Positions 19,388 to 28,300 of a DNA stretch of 64,000 nucleotides are shown piece by piece. The stretch is from a virus. Taxonomy: Duplodnaviria > Caudoviricetes. Each line of letters starts with the position of its first letter. Position 1 is the first letter of the stretch. The notes below the pieces were generated by a model. It was not told the origin of the DNA. It searched no databases and saw only the letters and a list, made by a program, of their open reading frames with translations. The DNA is taken from IMG/VR virus record IMGVR_UViG_3300020045_007949, positions 10,013 through 74,012 of that record; one strand, 5' to 3'. The position numbers and the translations under genes were made by a program.

Positions 19388-19474
19388 AGTGGTAATGATA
19401 AAGTAGAAAATAAATTTGTTTTTGAAATTGTTTTTTCTTATATTTAATGTAAAATTAAGGATAAGAAACCATAG

Positions 19475-20146
19475 ATGCAAACTAATTGCGATATATTTGA
19501 GTGTAAAGAGGATATAAATTCATTAAATTATTGTTCGGATGGATTTATTGTAGATTTGTCGCCATTCAATAATGAAGAAGTATTTTGTTACATAAAAGTT
19601 GCTGGCAGAGAATATTGCCAATCAGTTACCGTAACTGATAATTTGGCTACAATCAACTGGAAACCAAGCGAATACCTTGCAAAAGGAACTTATCATGCTG
19701 AAATAACTTTCAAAGATTCTGAGAAAGAAAAGATTCAAGTAACGGCAAATGATTGCCAATTATATTGCGGATTTGATGTATGGATTACAACAACTTGTGA
19801 AAGTGGTTATAAATACTTGAATGAGAAATGTGGCGTAAATCTACCAACAATTGACTCGCCTACGTCTTTAGTTTGCAACTGGATATTATCAATAAAAACC
19901 TGTACTTGGACATTAACTTCAAATTCAATGATAACTGTTATATATAACGGAAAACAAATTAAATTAAATAGCAATCCAAAAGACGGTTCTTTTGTAAATG
20001 ACGACTTCTTAGACGAATTAGACGCTATCGAGGATAACGCATTTCTTGTAAGTCTCGAAGGTGGCGATATTAATATTGAATATACAGGATTATCTGATGT
20101 AGAAATCCTTGTAGGTTGTAATAAGGTAACTAAAACTTGTGAGTAA
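19475..20146 (+). CDS. Cys-rich putative virion protein
   Basis: 223 aa with 13 Cys; first gene of the second + strand structural block. Confidence 0.55.
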   Translation: MQTNCDIFECKEDINSLNYCSDGFIVDLSPFNNEEVFCYIKVAGREYCQSVTVTDNLATINWKPSEYLAKGTYHAEITFKDSEKEKIQVTANDCQLYCGFDVWITTTCESGYKYLNEKCGVNLPTIDSPTSLVCNWILSIKTCTWTLTSNSMITVIYNGKQIKLNSNPKDGSFVNDDFLDELDAIEDNAFLVSLEGGDINIEYTGLSDVEILVGCNKVTKTCE

Positions 20147-20498
20147 AATGTTAGAATTTAGACAGTTGGGTGAATCATCCATTAAAGTCTTTGGTGATTC
20201 AGAAAAAAAAGCAGGAAGTATAACCGACCAATGTTGCTATACACTCCTTTATTTAGACAAAGTGCCACACCCAATTAAGATTAAGTACGAGGTTGGTAAG
20301 GGTGGATACCTTAACAAAAAGAAGGATGGAGTTTATTTGTATCGTGAAAAGATGATTGAAATTTTCAATTACTTGTACGAATCAGAGGCTCTAAGAATCC
20401 TTTTAAGAAAGAAACAAGTTGAATTAAATAGAAACCATATCGAGGAAAATACGTATTTAAGTATTCTTCAAAGATACGAAAAAGAAATAAAGCTATGA
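20139..20498 (+). CDS. Hypothetical protein
   Basis: 119 aa, overlapping start and stop with its neighbours. Confidence 0.65.
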   Translation: MSKMLEFRQLGESSIKVFGDSEKKAGSITDQCCYTLLYLDKVPHPIKIKYEVGKGGYLNKKKDGVYLYREKMIEIFNYLYESEALRILLRKKQVELNRNHIEENTYLSILQRYEKEIKL

Positions 20499-20584
20499 GC
20501 GTAGTAAAACCAACCCCAAAGATTCAAAGACCCACGATTGTGAAATCAAAACCAACAGGCTGTTCACGATGTGGCAAAAAATAA
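20495..20584 (+). CDS. Possible 29-aa peptide ending in GCSRCGKK
   Basis: ATGA overlap with the upstream stop; TAA at 20582-20584; fills the gap. Confidence 0.45.
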   Translation: MSVVKPTPKIQRPTIVKSKPTGCSRCGKK

Positions 20585-20847
20585 TTAACCTCAAAGACCA
20601 ACTTCTTGAAATTTATATAGGATATAAAAATTTAATCCTATATAAATTAGATAGATTCGAGGAAGAAGATACTCTTGAATATAAGAGAAAGAAAAAGATT
20701 TGCACCAAAGATTGCCCTCTGCAATCTTCTTTTTGTGGTATCGCATATTGTGACCCAATGAAAGAACATGACGACGAGAGAGGCTGTGGGTGTATTATAG
20801 AAGCTAAATTATGGAGCGATTCTCCATGTCCTTTAAATAAATTTTAA
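20569..20847 (+). CDS. Small Cys-rich (metal-binding) protein
   Basis: C-x3-C...CGC...CPLNKF pattern, 7 Cys. Confidence 0.65.
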   Translation: MWQKIINLKDQLLEIYIGYKNLILYKLDRFEEEDTLEYKRKKKICTKDCPLQSSFCGIAYCDPMKEHDDERGCGCIIEAKLWSDSPCPLNKF

Positions 20848-20850
20848 GAA

Positions 20851-21837
20851 ATGAATTGTTTTGATGTAGGAATAAGACTTTGTGGTGGCGAATCTGCTTA
20901 TTACGTGGACGACATAATGGGCGTTTCATCTAATATTGTTCACGCATTAAAGGAGAATGAACAACAAAGATTTTCTGATTTCTTTACTCAGTTAAATGAT
21001 TCTGCTTACAAGGATTTCTTAAAAGACCTCGAATTAGAACTACTTAAAAGAAAGAAATTTAACCACATTGTTTCCGAGACTAAACCTTATAGTGGCTCGG
21101 TAAAAACTGAACTATTTACGAATAAAGGAACTATTGGTTACAGAATCGAACTTCCTTATCACCAATTCACCGAGTACCATTTAAGAGGATACGATTTATT
21201 TGCACATCGCTCAGGCTCGGTTCAAGTTCGTGTAACCGATTTAATTAGTGGCGATTTGGTTTACGTAAAGGATTTTGACCTAAACAGAGGAAAAAATACC
21301 ATCTCAATCGACAAAAGATTCTACTCAAAAGACTCTACCCATTACTTCGTAGGAATTAATATTGGAACGGCAGTTTTAGAAACCGCTTCTTGCGATGGTC
21401 ATGTTTTTAAGAACACTGGCTGTTGCGAATATCTTGTATGTGATTGCGAGAATGAACACGGAATCATAGAGCCTTGCGAATATATGAGTTGTGAGACTTT
21501 GATTAAAACTCACTGTAAAGTATTTTGTATCAACGCTGCCATTAGATGCAATCTTGAAGATATTCTATGCGAGTACAAGGAGTTTTTCAACGAAGCCTTT
21601 AAGTATAAAGTTGCACTCAACATCTTAAATCACAAAATCACATCTAACGAGCGAGGCTGGTATATTGATTCTAATATTTCAGATTTGCGAGAATTTACTA
21701 TTCCCGAACTAAAAGAGTCTTATTATAAATTAATGCACTTAGGAATTACCAATATATCGGATTTGCTAAATGACTCTATCTGTTTCTCGTCCGATGGCGT
21801 TAGTGGATTAATTCCGCAAGCTGGCTCTTATGCTTAA
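20851..21837 (+). CDS. Probable head-tail adaptor/neck protein, Cys-rich
   Basis: 328 aa with 14 Cys; located before tail-completion genes. The functional call is positional. Confidence 0.45.
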   Translation: MNCFDVGIRLCGGESAYYVDDIMGVSSNIVHALKENEQQRFSDFFTQLNDSAYKDFLKDLELELLKRKKFNHIVSETKPYSGSVKTELFTNKGTIGYRIELPYHQFTEYHLRGYDLFAHRSGSVQVRVTDLISGDLVYVKDFDLNRGKNTISIDKRFYSKDSTHYFVGINIGTAVLETASCDGHVFKNTGCCEYLVCDCENEHGIIEPCEYMSCETLIKTHCKVFCINAAIRCNLEDILCEYKEFFNEAFKYKVALNILNHKITSNERGWYIDSNISDLREFTIPELKESYYKLMHLGITNISDLLNDSICFSSDGVSGLIPQAGSYA

Positions 21838-22995
21838 TTAAAATATAAGGATTCTAATTGAATTTTAATAGCCTTTAGAATCCTCAATCTTATCGCCAAT
21901 GATTGATTCATAGTTGCTCTATCAGTTGACAATGCAGGAATAAATCTACTCCAACAAAGACTTCTTTTGTGATAACCTTTCAAGCAGAAGTTGTATTCCT
22001 TTTTAAACGCCTTAAAATTATCCATTAAGAAGTCCTTTCCTAAATTGCTTATTTTCCCGTAAATAGGATACTCAAAACCTTGTCTTTTTAAGAAATCACA
22101 CACTCCATTCTGCATATTATTCTCGACCAACTCTTTATATTCCGCCTCAGCGAAATCTGTATAATACTCTATTGCAATATTAATTGCCCTCAAAATTTCT
22201 TCTTTATTTTCCATGTTATTTCCTAAATATATCTTCTAAGTTAAATCCAAAGTAATCAACTACATACTTCATTTCGATAGCCAAATAACCATTTTTCATA
22301 TAGCACTCGATACCACTATCGTCATAAACTGATTCGCAATTTAATACTTTCTGAAAATCCTCTATTTGATATATTGGTAAAAACATAATCACATCATCAT
22401 TGTGCCAATTATATTCAATGGTTTCCTCTAAAACGAATCTTAATAAATCTGTTGCTTTCATATCTTGTTTTGTAAGTTTTTAATTCTCATTTTCCATTCA
22501 ACTTTTTTACCTATTTTCTTCGCTTCATTTGCACTTTGCGGAGAATCTCCCCAATATTCACCGCAATCTGAAACAGGAAATCCTTTAAATTCTTTTGCAT
22601 CAGAGCCATCTTCACTCTTTCCATAAAAAATTGGCATATATTTAGTTATTTTTAATTTCTTCTTTGAGCCTTAATATGTCTCTAACGACTAAAAATGTGC
22701 CACTAATTTGCGACTTAACCCAATAATCTGAGTCATAGTCTTCTCTTTGCATATAACTATACGCTCTAAAGTTTCTTTCATTAACCATTCTTTCAGATAT
22801 TTGATATATCTCTTTAGTAGTGCCTCCGTCGAAAAACCCACAATCGCTACAACCACTCCAAAAAGTAGGATTATCACTATTGTCCACAGTTTCTATTGGA
22901 TGTAATTTATTGCCACAGCGAGTGCACAAGTTACCATCTTTATTGTCAATGCGTTTTTGACATTCTTCTTTCGTTGTTTGATATTGTTTCTCCAT
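21834..22995 (-). other. Reverse-strand islet of small CDSs (21834-22214, 22216-22461, 22642-22995 with two CxxC pairs, plus a short ORF between them)
   Basis: ORF track; own promoter at 23015-23045. Confidence 0.7.
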
Positions 22996-23014
22996 ATATT
23001 TAGTTATTTTTCTT

Positions 23015-23045
23015 CAAAGGTAGTTACTAAAATAACACTTGTCAA
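23015..23045 (-). promoter_or_regulatory. Bacteroidota-type promoter
   Basis: Minus strand reads TTGAC...TACCTTTG. Confidence 0.7.
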
Positions 23046-23123
23046 GTAAACTGTAAAATATATTTTCAATATTAGGTTTTCTCCTAATTATTTTGTATTT
23101 TTAAGTTAAAATACGACAGTTTC

Positions 23124-23399
23124 ATGTATAAATTAACTGATTCACTTGGCAATGTAGTTTTCAATTCAAATTACGAATTGAGTAATGAAAATATTTCCGT
23201 TAATGATAATGAGAGGTATGTTTTTACTATTTGTAACAATAAGAATTGTGGAGATATTACAGTTGAATTATTCTTGAATGGAAAATTATGTAAATCAGTC
23301 GAGATTTTAGACGGAAAAACTGGCTCAATTCCTTTTAAAACAGGCATTGCAGATTCGATTACTGTTAGACAATATCCAAAATATACTATACCAGCCTAA
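23124..23399 (+). CDS. Small beta-rich hypothetical virion protein
   Basis: 91 aa with 3 Cys. Confidence 0.55.
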   Translation: MYKLTDSLGNVVFNSNYELSNENISVNDNERYVFTICNNKNCGDITVELFLNGKLCKSVEILDGKTGSIPFKTGIADSITVRQYPKYTIPA

Positions 23400-23414
23400 C
23401 TAAATTGTTTCACA

Positions 23415-23903
23415 ATGTTCACAGCCGACTTATCAGGTTTAAATCGCCTTATTGCACAATTAGAGCAACGTAAATTAGACTACCAAGTTGCGTTGGATGA
23501 TGCAGTAGATTTGGCAAGAACAACCATTCTAAACAGGGTGAAATTAGGTCAATTAGTTGATGGCGGATACAGAGTTAGTAATAATCCATATCAAGGTAGT
23601 AGATACTCAGAGAGACAATTTAGGTTTAGAAGAAAAAGAAGTTTGCCTACATCTGCTCATACATTATACGTCACTGGCGATTTATTTAACAACTTTGTAG
23701 TAGATAAGAGAATCCCTGTCGCAAGTACGAGTAATCTATTTATCAGAACACTTGGATTTACCAATAGAAATGTAAGAGGAAAGCAAATCACTTACGCAGA
23801 ATTGGCAAGAATACAGGAAAATAAAACAGGAATAGGTTTTCAATTAAGCCCTTCTCAATTAATAAGAGTGATGGCAAGATTTAAACAAGTAGCAAGGCTG
23901 TAA
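23415..23903 (+). CDS. Probable tail completion/morphogenesis protein (HK97 gp10-like position)
   Basis: Basic; L.VTGDL motif typical of neck/tail-completion proteins; located upstream of the chaperone and tape measure genes. Confidence 0.5.
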   Translation: MFTADLSGLNRLIAQLEQRKLDYQVALDDAVDLARTTILNRVKLGQLVDGGYRVSNNPYQGSRYSERQFRFRRKRSLPTSAHTLYVTGDLFNNFVVDKRIPVASTSNLFIRTLGFTNRNVRGKQITYAELARIQENKTGIGFQLSPSQLIRVMARFKQVARL

Positions 23904-23984
23904 GCCTTTTAGCGTTTATAAATATTGAATATTATGAAAGACATTAGAATTTAATGAAAGACAAAGAATTTGAAATAAAATCAG

Positions 23985-24431
23985 ATGACTACACTCGAAG
24001 AATTAAAAACGGCACTATCAGACAAGATGTGCGACAAGAGGCACAGAATAGTAGGATTGGTAGAAGCTACAAGAAGTAGAGAAGAACAAGTTCTTCGACC
24101 ATTAAACGCTATGGGTAGTTTTCGACCAATAAGTTACGAAAGAGAACTTTTAGTATTCTTTGTAGTCAATGGAACAGTAACGATTGATAAATCTAAATCC
24201 ATTCCTCTAAGGGTTAATATGGTTGTTATGACTGACGAATATAACGACCTTGCATTGATTATAGAATCCTTAGACGAATACGATTTTCTTCCGCTTGACC
24301 TGACTTTTGGTAGCACTGAAATTTATGATAAATATTTCGACTTTGATGTAAATAAACCATTTCAAGGCTATGCTTTTGAGTTGGCACTAAACATTCGAGT
24401 TTCATATAAAGAACTAATACAAAATGATTGA
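23985..24431 (+). CDS. Probable tail terminator-like protein
   Basis: 148 aa; call is positional. Confidence 0.4.
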   Translation: MTTLEELKTALSDKMCDKRHRIVGLVEATRSREEQVLRPLNAMGSFRPISYERELLVFFVVNGTVTIDKSKSIPLRVNMVVMTDEYNDLALIIESLDEYDFLPLDLTFGSTEIYDKYFDFDVNKPFQGYAFELALNIRVSYKELIQND

Positions 24432-25221
24432 TTTATTAGAGAAGTTTAAAAAACCATGTGCTGACTTTATAGAAGCACAATCAAAAGGAATAATTGAATT
24501 AGAACCACTTTTTGAGATTAATGGAGTTCCATTTTACACATTCTGCAAGGGGTTGACAATGCTTTCGGCAGAGCGTTTCTTACAGTATCAGGAGAATGTG
24601 CGTTTTTGGAGTTCAATTGGTTTAAGTAAGGAGGTTTCTTCTGATTACATTAATGAGGCTATTGAAAAGATTGAAGACATTCGTAAGAACGTAGATGACC
24701 CAAGAATGGCAGTTAAGGCTTGCGACGAAGTACTTGTGACACTTCGTATTTACGAGGAACATAAAAAGAGTTTCAATATTGCAGGTGCAATGCTTGAACT
24801 TTGTGCTTTGGCTCTAATAAATCCATGCGAAAGCCCTTATAAGACTGATTTTGACCATAACGTAGATAAAATTAAACTCATGTCTGCTGCTATGGATGCA
24901 GACAACGGAGAAGAGTTTATGCTTTTTTTTTGGAAACTTTCATCTCTAAGTTCGATGGATTGGGTGCAACGATTGATGGATTTTACACCTTATTGGGCAA
25001 AGGAGGAAAGTCAAATGACGGAGAGCGAAAAAAACCAATACAACACCTCGAAAAAGTTACTGATATTGGATATTTTAAAGTCCAAAGAGGTATTGGAAGA
25101 ATTACAGCTTGGCAAAGGTTCGTCTCGGACTGTAAAGTTATATCGAACCATATTAAACTTAGTCAAAGAGAGGTCGAACGCCAAAGTGTTCTCGATTATC
25201 TCAACTATAAAGAGCTTGTAA
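24424..25221 (+). CDS. Tail assembly chaperone (G form)
   Basis: Directly upstream of the tape measure gene; an overlapping -1 frame ORF extends to 25274. Confidence 0.6.
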   Translation: MIDLLEKFKKPCADFIEAQSKGIIELEPLFEINGVPFYTFCKGLTMLSAERFLQYQENVRFWSSIGLSKEVSSDYINEAIEKIEDIRKNVDDPRMAVKACDEVLVTLRIYEEHKKSFNIAGAMLELCALALINPCESPYKTDFDHNVDKIKLMSAAMDADNGEEFMLFFWKLSSLSSMDWVQRLMDFTPYWAKEESQMTESEKNQYNTSKKLLILDILKSKEVLEELQLGKGSSRTVKLYRTILNLVKERSNAKVFSIISTIKSL

Positions 25222-25274
25222 ATCAAGAAATTGAAGCTCATAATAAAGCTATTGAAAAGAGTAATAAGAAGTAA
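24924..25274 (+). CDS. -1 frameshift extension (GT form) of the tail chaperone
   Basis: Open -1 frame with in-frame slippery heptamers T TTT TTT (24924-24930) and A AAA AAC (25029-25035). Confidence 0.55.
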   Translation, partial: FFLETFISKFDGLGATIDGFYTLLGKGGKSNDGERKKPIQHLEKVTDIGYFKVQRGIGRITAWQRFVSDCKVISNHIKLSQREVERQSVLDYLNYKELVNQEIEAHNKAIEKSNKK

Positions 25275-25337
25275 GCGAACTGTTTCTATTTTGGAAATAG
25301 TTCAAAAAAAATCCACACACAAATATAAAGAGTAAAG

Positions 25338-28300
25338 ATGGCAAATTTAGGCGATAGTATCAGGCTGACTACGGTTGCTGATTTACAAGCACTTTCTGAA
25401 CTTGTAAATGAGTACAAAAAACTTGGTTTAAGTATATCAGGGGTCGCTGGTGCGTCTCGCATTGTGTCAGAGCAAATCAAAAGAGATGCTTTAGAGCAAG
25501 CTAATGCCACTAAGCAATCTACGCTTCAAACTCAGCTATCTACTGCTGAAATCAAGAAACAATCTGCTGCTTTAGATTTGGCTAAAAAAAGTTCCGAAGG
25601 ATTCACTACTTCTCTTACGAGTTTGACAGGCTTACGCTCACAACTAATCGGTCTTTTCGGTGCTATGTCAATTGGTGCTTTTGCCAAAGAAATGATTGAT
25701 GCACAATCTCAGGTGGAAGCATTTGAATTGTCAATGGCTAACTTGCTTGGGCAGAAGTATGGAGATAAGTTAGTTGCTGATTTAAAGAAATTCACCTTAG
25801 AAACTCCTCTTAACTTTGAGCAAGTAATTAAATCAACCAATCAATTAGTTGGAGCGTTTAAGGCTGCTGGAGCTTCGAGCGAAACTATTGGTAGAGAAGT
25901 TCCTATTATCCTTGAATCTTTAGGTAATAGTGCTGCTGCTTTAGGTGGTGGAGATAGATTAGGTCGCTTAACTTACGCCTTTAGTCAAGTTCAAGCTACT
26001 GGTAGATTAATGGGGACAGAGGTTCGCCAAATCACAGAGACTGGATTTCCTTTGTTAGCGGTAATGTCTGAAAGAACAGGAAAGTCTGTTCAAGAACTTC
26101 AAGCAGATATTAAGAATGGACAAGTAGGTTTTTCTCAATTTAAAGATGCTATTTTATCAGCAGGTTTGCAAGGAGGAGTTTTTGCAGGTGCTATGGATAT
26201 TATGGCAAATACTGTGCGTGGTAGATTGGATAAATTGAGTGAAACATTCTTCTTCGCTTCGGCAAGAATTGGCGATGCTTTATCAGGTTCGGCTAAAAGT
26301 GCTATCGACTTTGCTAATGCTTTAATAAAAACGCTATTCGGAACTGACGAGGCGGTTCAAAGAACAATTGCATACACAAAAGCGATTGGCTCACTAATTT
26401 TAACCTATACCCTATTAAATAACGCTCAGAGAATATCTGCTGCAACTACGGCTGCTATGGCAGTAGCAGAAAAGGCTTGGTTAGTCATAAAGGGAGAGTT
26501 TATTCTTTTAACGCAGGGACAGGCTGCTGCGAATTTACTATTAACAGAAACGCAATTAGAAGCTGCTATTGCAGCAGATACATTTAATAGAGCAATGTTA
26601 AAAAACCCGATAGGATTAATTACTATTGCTATTGGAACGGCTATTGCTGCATATCAATTATACAATGCAACTGCCGAAGAAAGTAAAGAACTTACTTTAG
26701 AAAATATCAAAGCTAATGACGCTGATATTAAAAATCTATTAAGCAAGGAAGCGAGAATTAATGCCGTTGCTTCGTCATTAAAAGGACTTACTTTTGGAAG
26801 CGAGGGATACAAACACCAAATAGACACTTTAATAAAGTTAGCACCCGAATATTTTTCTCAATTAGACAGAGAGAAATCTACTTATAACGAGGTGGCACTC
26901 GCTGTAAGTCGTGCCAATACAGCTATCGAGAGAAAGATTAAATTAATGGCTATGGAAAAATTGGCTGAAAAGGTGGCTGACCGTTCTGCTGATATTAAAT
27001 TACAAATCGCACAAGAAGAGATTTTAGATGCTACTCGCAAGAAAAATGCGGAAGACTATAATAAAGCAATAGAAAAAACATCATCAAATGTTAGAGGTTT
27101 TATTCAGCAAGAATCTGTAATATATGAAGGAGAAAGTAAGAAACTAAAAGACCTTCGTGTAAAAGATTCGGAGAATACACTACTACTTCAAAAAGTAAGC
27201 AATGGCTTGGCTTTGGAAGAGCAAAAACAATATACGACTCGACACGCTGAAATTATTCAAAGACAAAAGAATGGAGAATATAAGACGAGAAAAGACTTTA
27301 CTGAGGCTTTAAAGAAACTTGATGAGGAGTATTCATTGGGAGTTGATAAGACTTTAGAGGACAATATTAAAAATGGAGGCAAAAAGACTCGTGAATCCAA
27401 CGAAAAGGCTTTAAAATATCAAGAGGATACTAATAAGCAAAAGTTAATTTTAGATGAAACTAACGCACTAAAAGCTGAACAACAAACTCGTAAAAATCAA
27501 AAACAAATTCTTGATTTAGAGAAAGAGTACGCAGAGTTACGTGTAGTTAACGCCAAAGGAAGTCAGACGAAAAAAGTAAAGGCACTCGAAGATATAGATA
27601 GAAAATACAGAGAAGACTTTGCTAATCTTACAAGAGTTTGGGATAAGAAAGATTTGGAGGCATCTGAGAAGTTTTGGAAAGAAGTAGAAAAGGCTGAAAA
27701 GGAAAGCCAAGACAATAGAGTTAAGTTCAGCAAAGGTATTGACAAAGTTCTTGAAGATGCAAAAGAAACATCTGAGAAAAATAAGACAAAGATAGCCGAG
27801 AAGTATGCAAAAGACTTACAAAAGGTAGATGAGGATAATTTAAAAGAATCATCTAAATTATTAGATAAGAAGTACAACTTGATGGATTCGTTAAGACTTC
27901 TTGATAAAATTTCTCACGCTAAAACGGCTAAAGAAATCACCGAGATTCAAAAAGAAGAGAACCTAAAAGTTCTTGCAGACATTAAAGACTCATTGAATCA
28001 ACAATTGGTTTTTGCTAAACTTAGGTTAGAGCGATTAAAACAGGAAAAGGGTATAGAACCCTTGGAGTACAAATCTCACTTTAATACAGTCTTGGTTTTA
28101 GAGCAACAGTACGTTGACGCTTCATCTAATTTGGCTGATGAGCAATCGGAGCAGCTAAAAAAGAAATTAAAAAAGAGAGAAGAAATTATAAAAGAAGCCT
28201 TGAATGTTATATACGAGGCTGGAAAAAATGTTTTGAGCGATATATTCTCAATCAAACAAGAGAAGTTAAGTCAAGAACTTAGAAATGCAGAAACAGAGCT

